64,000 nt of DNA, from the IMG/VR virus record IMGVR_UViG_3300023184_000091. One strand, given 5' to 3'. The notes beneath the pieces were generated by a model. That model saw nothing but the letters and a program-made list of their open reading frames with translations, was not told where the DNA came from and searched no databases. A program made the translations under genes and the position numbers. Positions 10,732 to 20,962 of this stretch are shown here, in pieces (positions within the stretch are counted from its first letter, which is position 1; each line of letters begins with the position of its first letter). Source of the stretch: an uncultured virus (IMG/VR IMGVR_UViG_3300023184_000091). Taxonomy: Duplodnaviria > Heunggongvirae > Uroviricota > Caudoviricetes.

Positions 10732-11109
10732 ATAGTTTGTTTTAATTGGTTAATACAAAAATAAGGTATTGGACCGGGATAAAAAAATATTATTGAACTT
10801 TTTTATGTTTTATTTTTCGGGTATAATTCTTCTTAGACTTATAGATGTTTGGTCTAGTAGCCATTTTTATTTCCTGAATTGTAACCTCTATTGTTTTCAT
10901 AACGGGACAAAGATAATAACTCTATCCGGGGTAAAAAAATATTTCTAAAACTTTTCCTCCAGCAGAACTTCGCTGGAGAAACTGGTATCCGAATCCGGGG
11001 AACGTTGACAGCGGTTCTACCCTGTGCAGATCGGTTTGCATTTAGTATTTTATGTCCACAAAAAAACCAGACCTAATCAGATCTGGTTCGCATTCGGAAT
11101 TGGTAAATG

Positions 11110-11304
11110 CTATTTAATAGTTTTCCAACCTATGATTTTAATATCCTTTTCTCTTACCCCAATCCATAGATCTGAAGTGTTGCTCTTAACATTAATCTTA
11201 ATTGCTCTCATAGAACTAGAGTAGATAACAACGGTATCTTTTGGAACAACTACACCACTTACCTTAGAGCGTAGTTCTTTTTTAAGTATAGCTGCTTGTT
11301 CCAT
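11110..11304 (-). CDS. hypothetical protein
   Basis: ATG start MEQAAILKK preferred over the upstream GTG. Confidence 0.55.
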   Translation of the reverse strand: MEQAAILKKELRSKVSGVVVPKDTVVIYSSSMRAIKINVKSNTSDLWIGVREKDIKIIGWKTIK

Positions 11305-11498
11305 ACCATAAATATAACAATTATACTTACGAAATAAAAATTTATCTAAGCATTTTTTCGTTAAAGTTTCTCGCCTACGCACGAGGCCCACGCTCCCGCA
11401 CGTAGGCGCTTAGTATGTTAGCATCATACTATGTTTACGGGGGCATACAAAAAAGGCCTACCCTAAGGCAGACCTAATTTGTGGAAATGAAGTTTATT

Positions 11499-12593
11499 TT
11501 AGAAAGGACTTGGTACGAAGTTAGCCATATCAAAATCCTTTGTCATCATACGTGATGCTTCTACTTGAAGACGACGTCTATCGTAATCATCGATTTTGAA
11601 ACCGTTGTCATGACTAGCGAAGTGTGTTACCCCGTTAATCAAATCCCAAACTGTTGTTCCAGTCTTAGCACCTTTCTTTTGACCTGTGCTGAAGGTGATG
11701 GTGTCGATGTTTGCCGCATGAAATTTAGAACGTGTAGTGTGCAATGGCACCCAAGCTTCAAGTTCTTTATTGTCAGCATCAGAGAATGCTTTGAGCGAGT
11801 CGTGTGCACTCTCTAACTCGAATAGAGAAGCACGTGTGTTCATAGCTAACCTTAATCTGTTCTCGAACTCTAATGGGCGGAAGCCACGCTCGGCCAAAAG
11901 ATTTAATTGGCTCCAGAAGCTTTCCATTGAGCGTCCGTCCATTTGTCCTAGTGCCATGGTCTCTTCGAATGTCTTACCCATTAGACCGTTTGCACAAACT
12001 AATCGGTGTAAGAATGGACTTACCATGAAGCCTCCGGTAGGACTGTTGGTGAACGAAATTCCTCCGTAGAATTCCTCATCGGCTAAACCTTTAATACCCC
12101 AAACGTTCTTGGGTGAAGAGGTGTTGATAACCACACCACCATCGTTGTTGACTGAGAAGTCATTTACCTCCAGACCATACTTGTTAATGATGCTGGATGA
12201 GGTGTCCAAGAATGTTTGATTTGAAATCAAATCTCGTGGATCTTTTTGAACGTTGATGATTTCCCTAGTGTCGGGGTTAACCACTAATGATAACGTTGTG
12301 TTACCCTTAGCCTGCACCGCCACCTTTAGACGGTTAATAAGTTGTTGGCGTGCTTTGTCACCGAATGATGTGGTGAACGTTTTATCAAACCCAACGGGTA
12401 AGCCAACCACTTTACAGATACCTTTAAAGGCATCGCGGTTAATTCTGATCTGATGGTCCTCCAACTTCAGCGTTGTGTCGTTGATGATTTCGATATCCTT
12501 GATACTGACCTCTTTTCGGATAGGAGTTTTGTTAACTGCTATCTTCGCTTTGTCGTCGAAGGCTTGTTGTGATAATGTTTCGAATTTTGGCAT
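11499..12593 (-). CDS. DUF932-like protein
   Basis: FLHRLVCANGL and TVWDLINGVTHFASH motifs. Confidence 0.6.
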   Translation of the reverse strand: MPKFETLSQQAFDDKAKIAVNKTPIRKEVSIKDIEIINDTTLKLEDHQIRINRDAFKGICKVVGLPVGFDKTFTTSFGDKARQQLINRLKVAVQAKGNTTLSLVVNPDTREIINVQKDPRDLISNQTFLDTSSSIINKYGLEVNDFSVNNDGGVVINTSSPKNVWGIKGLADEEFYGGISFTNSPTGGFMVSPFLHRLVCANGLMGKTFEETMALGQMDGRSMESFWSQLNLLAERGFRPLEFENRLRLAMNTRASLFELESAHDSLKAFSDADNKELEAWVPLHTTRSKFHAANIDTITFSTGQKKGAKTGTTVWDLINGVTHFASHDNGFKIDDYDRRRLQVEASRMMTKDFDMANFVPSPF

Positions 12594-12667
12594 ATGGCTT
12601 TTATTTTTATTTGGTTTCTACAAAGATAAGAATTATGTACGGGATAAAAAAATAAAAGGACAGGTTT

Positions 12668-13675
12668 TTATAACCCGTCCTTCTCTTCCTCCTTAGCAAA
12701 ACCAAAGAGAGTATCAAATGCGTTTCCTTCACTTTCAATTAGAGTGCGTTCGTGACTTAAAGCCTCTCTAGCATTCTCATCGTTGCTGAAACGTTTTAAA
12801 TCATATTCAACATCACCCGTTGCAGACAGAGAATAAAACATTCTCTTATTGACAGGACCCCGTCTGTTCTTGTTAAACATCATATACTGGCTGCCTGTTG
12901 CTTGATCGTATCGTAGCTCAAGCATACCAGTGGTATTGTGTTTAAGCTTGTTAGAACCGACGAAAACGCCTCCTTTTGTAACCTGCTGGATAGCGATGAA
13001 TGTCGTGTGGGTTTTAGTATCGTTTCCTGCAAGGTTGTGAGAGATCATTAGGTCGATTAACCATTTTTCTGAACCCGCAGAGGTTAGTTTTAGTACCTCC
13101 TTAATGTCTTCTTGTACCTCAGCAAAAGAGTCGATTAGCACCACATCATAACCTGGCTTCAAAGCACTCTCGATTACCGTCTTAGGGTTGCTGTCGCAAT
13201 ATTCTCCAGTAAATAGAATATCAACCTCACCAAACTTAGGGTAACGCTGAACGTATCCATAAAGATCGATCCTTGTCATTTCCGCAGAGATGAATAGCAC
13301 ACGATAACCACTGCTTGCTAAATCTGATAGAATGTCTAGCGACACCGTGGATTTACCAACACCAGGATCGCCGATTAACATGAAGTTACATGCCTTAGGT
13401 ACACCTCCATCTGAAGTGAACACCTGATCTACCGGCTTACCTGTTTTCATCGGGATGAATAGGTCTGGTGAGAAGTATTGACCACTCATACGAACCAACT
13501 CCAGCGGCTTCTCAATAAATGCCGGCGGGGGTACGTGAGGCCCTACCTGGGATAAAGGAGGTAGACCTTGGTCTTGTCTTTTCTTAGCAGCAGCTAATCT
13601 GACTGCATCTGCGATACGAGCCTTAGCCTCATCGCTCATAGGTTTTCTTAATCCGTTTGGTTCTTTGTAAGCCAT
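12668..13675 (-). CDS. RadA/Sms-like RecA-superfamily ATPase (no Zn finger, no Lon domain)
   Basis: Walker A GDPGVGKST, LFISAEM, Walker B VVLIDS, QVTKGGVFVGSNKLKH, KNRRG. Confidence 0.8.
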   Translation of the reverse strand: MAYKEPNGLRKPMSDEAKARIADAVRLAAAKKRQDQGLPPLSQVGPHVPPPAFIEKPLELVRMSGQYFSPDLFIPMKTGKPVDQVFTSDGGVPKACNFMLIGDPGVGKSTVSLDILSDLASSGYRVLFISAEMTRIDLYGYVQRYPKFGEVDILFTGEYCDSNPKTVIESALKPGYDVVLIDSFAEVQEDIKEVLKLTSAGSEKWLIDLMISHNLAGNDTKTHTTFIAIQQVTKGGVFVGSNKLKHNTTGMLELRYDQATGSQYMMFNKNRRGPVNKRMFYSLSATGDVEYDLKRFSNDENAREALSHERTLIESEGNAFDTLFGFAKEEEKDGL

Positions 13676-13765
13676 GTTATATTGTTTTGATTGGTTATGC
13701 TGCAAAAATAATACTCTTAACCGGGGTAAAAAAATAAATCCGGGGTTAATTTTAAAAATATTTTA

Positions 13766-13975
13766 TTAACCCACAGTGTGGTAGTTAACCCGGTCTTTAT
13801 ACCTTCTAACCTTTCCGTTACCTAGATAAACATTCAGAACGTCTCCGTTCCATAACGCCAGTTGAACTGGTGTGCCAACATCAATAGTAATAAAGTTATA
13901 CTGGTCTTTGTAAACTTTAACGCGATTGTATTCTACTCGAACCACACCGCATTGGATAATTTTTGGATCCCACAT
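13766..13975 (-). CDS. hypothetical protein
   Basis: ATG start MWDPKIIQC after the promoter. Confidence 0.6.
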   Translation of the reverse strand: MWDPKIIQCGVVRVEYNRVKVYKDQYNFITIDVGTPVQLALWNGDVLNVYLGNGKVRRYKDRVNYHTVG

Positions 13976-14068
13976 AGTTGATTGATTTAATTGGTTATAA
14001 AGCAAAGATAATAAACCTAGCCGGGGTAAAAAAATATTTCAGATATATAGTTCAATATAAATATTAAC

Positions 14069-14887
14069 ATGGATAAGATAAAAAGTTTTGAAGAGTTTAC
14101 CATTAACGAAAAAGGTAGTGCATTAGGTTTTCTTGGTGGCATTCTAACTGGGGATATTAATATCTTCGGTAGTGCAGGGGTTAGCGGAACGACGCCAACA
14201 TCCCCAACAGGGATAAGTACGATAGGAAGTTATAGTCCAACTGGAACTTATACAGCAACACCGGGTAATGATGACTTTGCTTTATACATGCAACATCAAC
14301 AAGGTATTGCTGGGGCATCAGGTCTAGTTAAAGCACTTAACGGAACTGGTAAAATGCATCCTGATACGGTTAAGACCAAAGGCGGTGTTAAATACGCAAA
14401 CTTAGTTCAAAACGTACCTTCTGATAGACCACAAGTTAAAAAAGATATTATAGCATCATTAGACAAAGGAGACCAAAAAACTGCAGCAGGTCTATTTCTT
14501 AATATGTGGAAAGAGAAATGGTTTGCTAAGCAAACTCAGGCTAGGAACGCTATCAACATTCCCAAGAATTCCGTAGTCAAAGATGCTATTACTAAAGCAT
14601 CTTCTAGACACAAAGTACCGTTTGATTTTGCTATTACCGTTGCCCAAATAGAATCAGGTTTAAATCCAAAGGCAGGTAATTCTACATACAAAGGTCTTTT
14701 TGCAATGCAACCAAATAGCAACTACAGCGGAACAGTTACTCCAATGGGTAGTAAATGGAATGACCCTTATATTAATGCAGAAAACGGTGTTAAGTTGTTA
14801 AAGAATAACATTACACAATTCAAGAAAGCTTTAGGTAATGATTGGGCTTCTCTTAAAGTTGGAAGTTGGGCAAACAACTTAGCTTAA
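14069..14887 (+). CDS. lytic transglycosylase (SLT-like), probable virion protein
   Basis: VAQIESGLNPKA...YKGLFAM; N-terminal MDKIKSFEEF peptide; late promoter. Confidence 0.8.
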   Translation: MDKIKSFEEFTINEKGSALGFLGGILTGDINIFGSAGVSGTTPTSPTGISTIGSYSPTGTYTATPGNDDFALYMQHQQGIAGASGLVKALNGTGKMHPDTVKTKGGVKYANLVQNVPSDRPQVKKDIIASLDKGDQKTAAGLFLNMWKEKWFAKQTQARNAINIPKNSVVKDAITKASSRHKVPFDFAITVAQIESGLNPKAGNSTYKGLFAMQPNSNYSGTVTPMGSKWNDPYINAENGVKLLKNNITQFKKALGNDWASLKVGSWANNLA

Positions 14888-15034
14888 TTTTTCCACGCAT
14901 CTTCGGGACGGGAACGTTGACAACGGTTTCACCCACTGCATACTATTTTTCCCAATTATTAAACACAACAAAAAACCCAAGTCCTTTCGAACTTGGGTCC
15001 GGAGTCGAATAGTAAACTCCTTTAACCAACCAAC

Positions 15035-15469
15035 CTATTCAGCTTCTTTTACTAATACGCTTTCTAGTAGTACTGCCTCACGGTCATATGCACCAACGTG
15101 CCCATTTGCGAATAACCATTCCCCTGCTGCGGTAAAGATGTAGCCATACTCTTCAATGTCGCTTTTTACAAATTCATTCACGCTTCCGTGAGCTTTGATA
15201 ACTAAATCTTCTCCACGGTCACGGTGATAAGCTACCACAATACCTTCCGTTGAGTTTTCAAAATTGTGCTCCACACCTTCTGGGATTTCCGTTTCTGGTG
15301 CCAAAGAAGAAATTGATCCTAATGCGATTAGGGATTCAACTTTTTCCTGTGTTGTGTAATTCTCTAATAGTATTGGACCGTGGTGAGATGGATAACCATC
15401 CCAGTGACAATAAATTGAACGAACTGTTCCGTCTTGGTCTTCGATTGCGATTTTGGATCTTGTTGCCAT
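15035..15469 (-). CDS. conserved-looking phage hypothetical protein
   Basis: MATRSKIAI...SIYCHWDGYP. Confidence 0.75.
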   Translation of the reverse strand: MATRSKIAIEDQDGTVRSIYCHWDGYPSHHGPILLENYTTQEKVESLIALGSISSLAPETEIPEGVEHNFENSTEGIVVAYHRDRGEDLVIKAHGSVNEFVKSDIEEYGYIFTAAGEWLFANGHVGAYDREAVLLESVLVKEAE

Positions 15470-15542
15470 GTTTATAATTGTTTTAATTGGTTAGTGATGC
15501 AAATATAAGATACTGGATCGGGATAAAAAAATATTTTAGAAA

Positions 15543-15803
15543 TTATTCCATTTCTATTTGAGCATCTCTAATCGGATACCCTTTATAATCCTTAATGAAA
15601 GACATATCATTCTGTAGCCAAGCCGTTGCCATCATCCAGGCAGCCTTTTCTGTTGACCCAAATCCTAAGGCATACTCAGAGTCCTTACCCTCTTGGATAA
15701 TAAAGAAGCTAACTCCTTTTGGTCTGAATCCCTCGTCGAACTGTGTCTTGTATTCTACTGCTACCGCAGTCGGATACTTTGCTAAAACTCTTTTGTTATT
15801 CAT
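15543..15803 (-). CDS. hypothetical protein
   Basis: 86 aa ORF. Confidence 0.65.
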   Translation of the reverse strand: MNNKRVLAKYPTAVAVEYKTQFDEGFRPKGVSFFIIQEGKDSEYALGFGSTEKAAWMMATAWLQNDMSFIKDYKGYPIRDAQIEME

Positions 15804-15807
15804 ATGG

Positions 15808-16182
15808 CTATTTGTTATAAACTTTGTTACCTAAACTTACCAACTTACCGAATCTCATACCATCAGCAACAGAACCTTTGAACATCCAGTTGGGTGTTAC
15901 TCTTGGGTTATAAGAAACCCTTTCTGAATCGTTCATGGGGGTTAAACCCACATGGTCTATGATTTCTATCTCATCACACAGTATCCAGGAGCAGACAGTT
16001 TTGTTTGCCCCTTGGAATATTTTAAGCGATGTAGACTTTTGATTCTTTAACACACACCCAGTCATTACGAGTTGAACCCCTTCTGGAGCATGGTAGGAGA
16101 TCTCACCGTTAGGTCTTTCTATCTTCCACTTCATGAAGTTTTTTCCTGCTCCTAAATTAAATCTGACTTTGATGCTTTTCAT
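15808..16182 (-). CDS. hypothetical phage protein
   Basis: Start trimmed to MKSIKVRFNL downstream of the promoter at ~16207. Confidence 0.7.
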   Translation of the reverse strand: MKSIKVRFNLGAGKNFMKWKIERPNGEISYHAPEGVQLVMTGCVLKNQKSTSLKIFQGANKTVCSWILCDEIEIIDHVGLTPMNDSERVSYNPRVTPNWMFKGSVADGMRFGKLVSLGNKVYNK

Positions 16183-16246
16183 ATGGCTGAGGTTTGATTG
16201 GTTAACACAAATGTAAGATACATGACCGGGATAAAAAAATAAATTC

Positions 16247-16645
16247 TTATAATTCTGCAGTGAATCTACATTCACCATTATCTTCCACACATTTCTTAAT
16301 TTTGTTTCCCAAGTGAAGCCTTGCATAACTTTCCATAAGGTCTCGGTACTTAGCTTGACCAACCCCGAGTTGTCTAGCAATCTCGTCCGGATTGTAACTG
16401 TTGGATAAACTAAACACCTCATCCAGTTTAGGTTTGAACTCACCAATGTCTTTGATGCATGTTTCAATACCTTCGTTGATTGATTCAAGATCTTCTTTAG
16501 CAAAGAAGTATTCTAACCCACTAACTTCACCATCCTCTTCGTCTTGCAATTCAATTTCAGAACCACCGAAGTGGTTGGCATCGTCCGAGCTTTGTACGCC
16601 GAACCAAAATTTTCCTTCTATGTCTCCTTGATAGTAACGTCCCAT
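16247..16645 (-). CDS. hypothetical phage protein
   Basis: MGRYYQGDIEGKFWFGVQSS. Confidence 0.75.
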   Translation of the reverse strand: MGRYYQGDIEGKFWFGVQSSDDANHFGGSEIELQDEEDGEVSGLEYFFAKEDLESINEGIETCIKDIGEFKPKLDEVFSLSNSYNPDEIARQLGVGQAKYRDLMESYARLHLGNKIKKCVEDNGECRFTAEL

Positions 16646-16707
16646 TTGATTGATTTTTTTAGTTGGTTAATAATACAAAAATAAGATTCCTAATCGGGAT
16701 AAAAAAA

Positions 16708-16929
16708 TTATTCCGAATCATTTTCATCCCACTCAGCAATTACTTCATCGGCAAAGAAATCCCCTTGTGAGCCGAATCCGAATGCGACATCCTGTTTGAC
16801 CTTAGCCAGGACAAGACGGTTGCAGAACATGTTATCCTTTTCTTTCTCGAATTTCTTTGTAAGAAGTTCTAGGTTATCACTTAATTGATAAGTGTCTCCG
16901 TCTGGTGTGCACATGATAAGTATTAGCAT
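16708..16929 (-). CDS. hypothetical protein
   Basis: 73 aa ORF. Confidence 0.6.
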   Translation of the reverse strand: MLILIMCTPDGDTYQLSDNLELLTKKFEKEKDNMFCNRLVLAKVKQDVAFGFGSQGDFFADEVIAEWDENDSE

Positions 16930-16931
16930 AG

Positions 16932-17162
16932 TTATAGTGTTTTAATTAAGTTAAACTCTTCTTCTGTCATGATGATTACTTTGGCAAATCCCTGTTCTAG
17001 TTCTGCTGCCGCTCCCTCTAGAAAATATGCACGATACTCGTTGAAGTTTTCAAATTCATCATCAAACTCTTCATCATTCTCAGAGATAGTGAATCTTTCT
17101 AAGATTGGAGCTTTAAGGTATCCCCCTCTAGCTATTAGTACATATTTTTCTTCTGCTGCCAT
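16932..17162 (-). CDS. acidic hypothetical protein
   Basis: 76 aa ORF with promoter. Confidence 0.65.
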   Translation of the reverse strand: MAAEEKYVLIARGGYLKAPILERFTISENDEEFDDEFENFNEYRAYFLEGAAAELEQGFAKVIIMTEEEFNLIKTL

Positions 17163-17278
17163 AATTTGTTTTGATTGGTTAAAGCAAAAATAAGATTCCC
17201 AATCGGGATAAAAAAATAAAACACAAAAAAAATCCTAAGAAATTATCTTAGGATTTTACAAGAAGTTATGCTTAATAA

Positions 17279-17497
17279 TTAAGCTGTAACTGCTTTACGA
17301 GGGTTTGTCATTTTGAATGCTTGGTTAACAATCTTCATGTTAGAATACTTACCAGAAAGTACTTCACTCACTGTGCTTGAAGCATATCCAGTTTTAGAAG
17401 AAATAATTGCTTGGTCTCCTCTGCGGATTTTAGAAGCAATAACATTCATTTTTTGTTCGTAGCTGATTTTACCAGCTGTTGCTTTTTTGTTGCTCAT
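17279..17497 (-). CDS. small basic HTH DNA-binding protein
   Basis: GDQAIISSKTGYASSTVSEVLSGK, a Cro/XRE-like helix-turn-helix. Confidence 0.65.
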   Translation of the reverse strand: MSNKKATAGKISYEQKMNVIASKIRRGDQAIISSKTGYASSTVSEVLSGKYSNMKIVNQAFKMTNPRKAVTA

Positions 17498-17678
17498 AAT
17501 TTTATAGATTTTATACGTATGTTATAGTCAGAAAACGTGTGAAAGTTTCGTATGATGCATCAGGATGGAACCGCTGTCAACGTTCCCGCGCTGTGCATAT
17601 GTTTTTGGGTTTAAGCAAATCCCACAAAAAACCCCCGGACTTTTGGACCGAGGGCTAATTGCTTTGTAACCAAACAAA

Positions 17679-17951
17679 CTACTTAACCAATTTCTGTGTC
17701 TTTAAGTGTGTGTAAACTTCCTTAAGCTTTGTGTAATCCATGCTCTCAGTTTCATCTAAAAGAGTCTCAATGGCATCTGAACCTAAATCCATTTCCAATT
17801 CGCTCTCTTTCCAATTCTTATCAAGCATTAAGTATCCAAGACCGCAGAGTATGTTAAGATCCGCCGAGCTTATAAATTCATTGAGTGAATCTCTCATCAC
17901 GATATCGTTTACCAACTTACTCTGATTGCTATGTAGCTCTTGCGTTTTCAT
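17679..17951 (-). CDS. hypothetical protein
   Basis: 90 aa ORF in operon. Confidence 0.65.
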   Translation of the reverse strand: MKTQELHSNQSKLVNDIVMRDSLNEFISSADLNILCGLGYLMLDKNWKESELEMDLGSDAIETLLDETESMDYTKLKEVYTHLKTQKLVK

Positions 17952-17952
17952 C

Positions 17953-18219
17953 TTAGTCTTCTTTAGAGGTCTTACCCGAGCCTATCCTCGAATAACTTAA
18001 ATAAGTTAATATTAGTAGTGAACCAATATAACTTTTAAATGATGTGGTGATTCCGAATCCCATTAACTGTAAGCCCCAGATAAGTAACATTGGGATTAGT
18101 GCAAATGCCACTACGACCAATGCACCTAGGATAACTGCTATTGCAATTGCTCCTCCTGAGTTTAATGATCCTTCGGCGATCTTTTTAAATATCTTTACTA
18201 AATTATTTTTCATCTTCAA
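17953..18219 (-). CDS. membrane protein
   Basis: Long hydrophobic segments. Confidence 0.65.
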   Translation of the reverse strand: MKMKNNLVKIFKKIAEGSLNSGGAIAIAVILGALVVVAFALIPMLLIWGLQLMGFGITTSFKSYIGSLLILTYLSYSRIGSGKTSKED

Positions 18220-18228
18220 TTCTTTTTT

Positions 18229-18480
18229 TTAGATTTCCCAAGCCTCTCTACCGGAACCGCTGGTCCAGACAGATACATCATCGATTAGTATTTCCACGAT
18301 AGCACCGTACTCTGCTATTCTAGCATCTGTGTTCATACGTTTGATATAAGCACCTGGGCTCTTCACTTTATCATAAACGAAAACCTTTCCTCTTTCGTGA
18401 ATGGCTTTTACTGTGGATCCTCCTGGCTTTAAGCTTAGAGGGTTAGTTCTGTAGTTGTCTGTTACTTTTAGTTCTGACAT
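18229..18480 (-). CDS. hypothetical phage protein
   Basis: NPLSLKPGGSTV...YDKVKSP. Confidence 0.7.
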   Translation of the reverse strand: MSELKVTDNYRTNPLSLKPGGSTVKAIHERGKVFVYDKVKSPGAYIKRMNTDARIAEYGAIVEILIDDVSVWTSGSGREAWEI

Positions 18481-18488
18481 AATTTATT

Positions 18489-18824
18489 TTAGCTAAATGG
18501 ATCTAGATCCGGGTTAGGTATTAATTTCCAGCTCTTCTCCGCTCCCGGAGATCTGGCCAACATTATATTAGTAGCCTCCTCCTTAAGTTTCACTAGAGCC
18601 TCGTCATACTTACCCTCTTTGATGAGATTGTTAATATCTTTACATGCAGGGATAGGTAACTCTACCTGATAGACAACTGCGTGGCGGTGTCTGTTGGCAT
18701 TTGCTCTTAGCACCATCATGCTTAGTTCTCTAGGATCAACTTCGAATCCTTCTATTTCGGTATTGAAAGTAACTGGTCTGAAACTTTCTAATCCGTGGGC
18801 GTCTGCTATTCCGTAGTATTTCAT
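18489..18824 (-). CDS. hypothetical phage protein
   Basis: GIADAHGLESF...RANANRHRHAVVY. Confidence 0.7.
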   Translation of the reverse strand: MKYYGIADAHGLESFRPVTFNTEIEGFEVDPRELSMMVLRANANRHRHAVVYQVELPIPACKDINNLIKEGKYDEALVKLKEEATNIMLARSPGAEKSWKLIPNPDLDPFS

Positions 18825-19203
18825 GGTTTTGTTGTTGGTTATATTTACAAAGATAATATATCTTACCGGGATAAAAAAATAAAACTCAATAAAAAAGGAG
18901 GTGCTCCTTAGAACACGCTCCTTAGTTTTGAAAATTGGGCTATGATCTATATATTACGAGTTCCAATACTTTTTCTTGATTTGTAACAAATAACTCCAGG
19001 GTAGGTAATGATAGTAAAGAAAGAGTCTATCATGCTCTTCGGATGTGGGCTTAGTTAACTCTCCTAAACACCAGCTTCGGATTAGATCCTCTCTAATCTT
19101 TTCTTTCTCCTTTTTTATGCTTACCAATCTTGTAGCTCTAGACAGGAACCTCGCCGACGTTCCGCCCCGTCTTTTCGATTCTCTCCGAACGATGACGGTT
19201 TTT

Positions 19204-19410
19204 TTAAGAGTCCGAATCGTTCTCAGTAAGGTCCTTATAAGCTTGTGATCTTTTAAATTCATCGATTCTTGTTTGTAATGATGTTGAGCTTATAGTAATC
19301 CTGTCCTCTAGCACCTTAGCTTTTATTTCTGAGTGATTTAGATTTCCTTCTTGTGATAGATGTTCTGACATTATTTTAAATATCAAATCTCCTTCGTAGT
19401 TTTCGTACAT
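19204..19410 (-). CDS. hypothetical protein
   Basis: 68 aa ORF in operon. Confidence 0.55.
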   Translation of the reverse strand: MYENYEGDLIFKIMSEHLSQEGNLNHSEIKAKVLEDRITISSTSLQTRIDEFKRSQAYKDLTENDSDS

Positions 19411-19422
19411 TATCAGGGCTAG

Positions 19423-19620
19423 TTATTTTTCAGGCTTCTCTTCGGTTGTCAGAATATTGATGCTATGCATTAGAATTGTTAACCTGTCCTCTGGGTTAAT
19501 CACAGAGGAGTTTAGTTCTTTCTTAAGTGCTATTGCCTGAAGATAAATTGTTCTGGCAGTCTTCTCAACTTCTTTTCTATAGTTCTGTAGAAGAGATTCT
19601 GTCTTTGGGTCTGTAATCAT
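19423..19620 (-). CDS. hypothetical protein
   Basis: 65 aa ORF in operon. Confidence 0.55.
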   Translation of the reverse strand: MITDPKTESLLQNYRKEVEKTARTIYLQAIALKKELNSSVINPEDRLTILMHSINILTTEEKPEK

Positions 19621-19634
19621 TATTGCTATTTTTT

Positions 19635-19934
19635 TTATTTCTTTTTATTACACCTGTTCTTGATACAGATCATATTCTCTTTTGTAACCATGATGATCTC
19701 TGGTCTTACCTTAATGGTATCGGATTCCCAGATCTTAGCAGTAAGTCTAGACATAGCATCTCCATCTATTAGATACAAAGTATCCCTTTGCTGGGTTGGC
19801 TGTGCAAATTCTGCAAAACTGGGTTCTGGAAATTCCCTGTGTCTTTCCGTTGATGCCTGGCCCACAGGACCGCTGGTTGTCTTGCAAGCTGAAATGGCTA
19901 ACGCAAGAAATAAGAAGATAATCTGATTTTTCAT
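19635..19934 (-). CDS. putative lipoprotein
   Basis: MKNQIIFLFLALAISAC lipobox. Confidence 0.65.
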   Translation of the reverse strand: MKNQIIFLFLALAISACKTTSGPVGQASTERHREFPEPSFAEFAQPTQQRDTLYLIDGDAMSRLTAKIWESDTIKVRPEIIMVTKENMICIKNRCNKKK

Positions 19935-19944
19935 TTATTTATTT

Positions 19945-20256
19945 TTATAAGGATAGTTCCTTTTGTACATTATTGTCTGGGGTAATCTCGAATCCGGGCA
20001 TATGCTTATCTGCAAACGATTTAAGAAACTGGCATCTTTCATACTCCTCGTTGATAACGAATAACGCCATCATACGGTTAATAGCCTTTTGTATCTCCTT
20101 AGGGTTTGTACCATCAATAGCTTCTTTACCCTTTGTGCTTAACATCTCATAGGCATCATAGCATCCTGCTACAAATTCTTTCTTAGCTCTTTCGATAACT
20201 TTCTTCTTAAGCTCGTTAGATCTTTCTGATTGCTCGTCTTCTTCGTCGTCGTACAT
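19945..20256 (-). CDS. hypothetical protein
   Basis: 103 aa; C-terminal F..NEEYERC motif. Confidence 0.65.
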   Translation of the reverse strand: MYDDEEDEQSERSNELKKKVIERAKKEFVAGCYDAYEMLSTKGKEAIDGTNPKEIQKAINRMMALFVINEEYERCQFLKSFADKHMPGFEITPDNNVQKELSL

Positions 20257-20258
20257 AA

Positions 20259-20480
20259 TTATTCTTTTATATAGATTGTTTTACTTAATCCTAACTCTTT
20301 CACCTCACGATATAAAGTACCTCCTTCTGACATCATTTCCATTTCCGAACGAAATTCTGTTGAGGTGTCATTATAAACTTTCTCCCTCATTAACGCACCC
20401 CTAGCAGAGTAAAGCCTTCGTTTAATCTCCTCGTGGGAAGCTTTATTATCAGTGGTACATACAAATCTTATCGCTGCCAT
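20259..20480 (-). CDS. hypothetical protein
   Basis: 73 aa ORF. Confidence 0.6.
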   Translation of the reverse strand: MAAIRFVCTTDNKASHEEIKRRLYSARGALMREKVYNDTSTEFRSEMEMMSEGGTLYREVKELGLSKTIYIKE

Positions 20481-20530
20481 AGTTAATTCTCTATATGTAT
20501 TCTACTACAAAAAGTAAAAAAAGTTCTCAA

Positions 20531-20962
20531 TTATACCTTATATCTTGTTTTCAAATCCACTCTTTCTTTCTGCGAATTTTTTCTTGTGCTCTTCGCGGGA
20601 ACGACGGTGGGTAAGGTGGGTGTGGGCACGTAATTCTTTCTTGCATTCCTTCTCTCTTCGAACGTGTCGGCAAACACCCCCATTGTGGTGTTTTCATAGT
20701 CACAGTGAGGAGTATATGTTTCCATAAACTCGGTCTCCGTGATTCTCTTAGTACCAAGATCCTCGAATACCCCCTGTGATTCTCGATAGTGGGTAACTAT
20801 TACCCAACCATCTCCTTGAGAATGTTTGCTAACCAAAACGTACTCATAGGTGGGAACGTGGGAGTCCAGTGCCATGAATCTGGTGGCAAATCTGTTTTTT
20901 GTGCTGGTCTCGATATACGTTCTCATTATACCTGTGGGTTTGTTCTTAATTGGTTTAACCAT
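20531..20962 (-). CDS. hypothetical protein (start uncertain)
   Basis: 143 aa ORF. Confidence 0.6.
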   Translation of the reverse strand: MVKPIKNKPTGIMRTYIETSTKNRFATRFMALDSHVPTYEYVLVSKHSQGDGWVIVTHYRESQGVFEDLGTKRITETEFMETYTPHCDYENTTMGVFADTFEERRNARKNYVPTPTLPTVVPAKSTRKNSQKERVDLKTRYKV

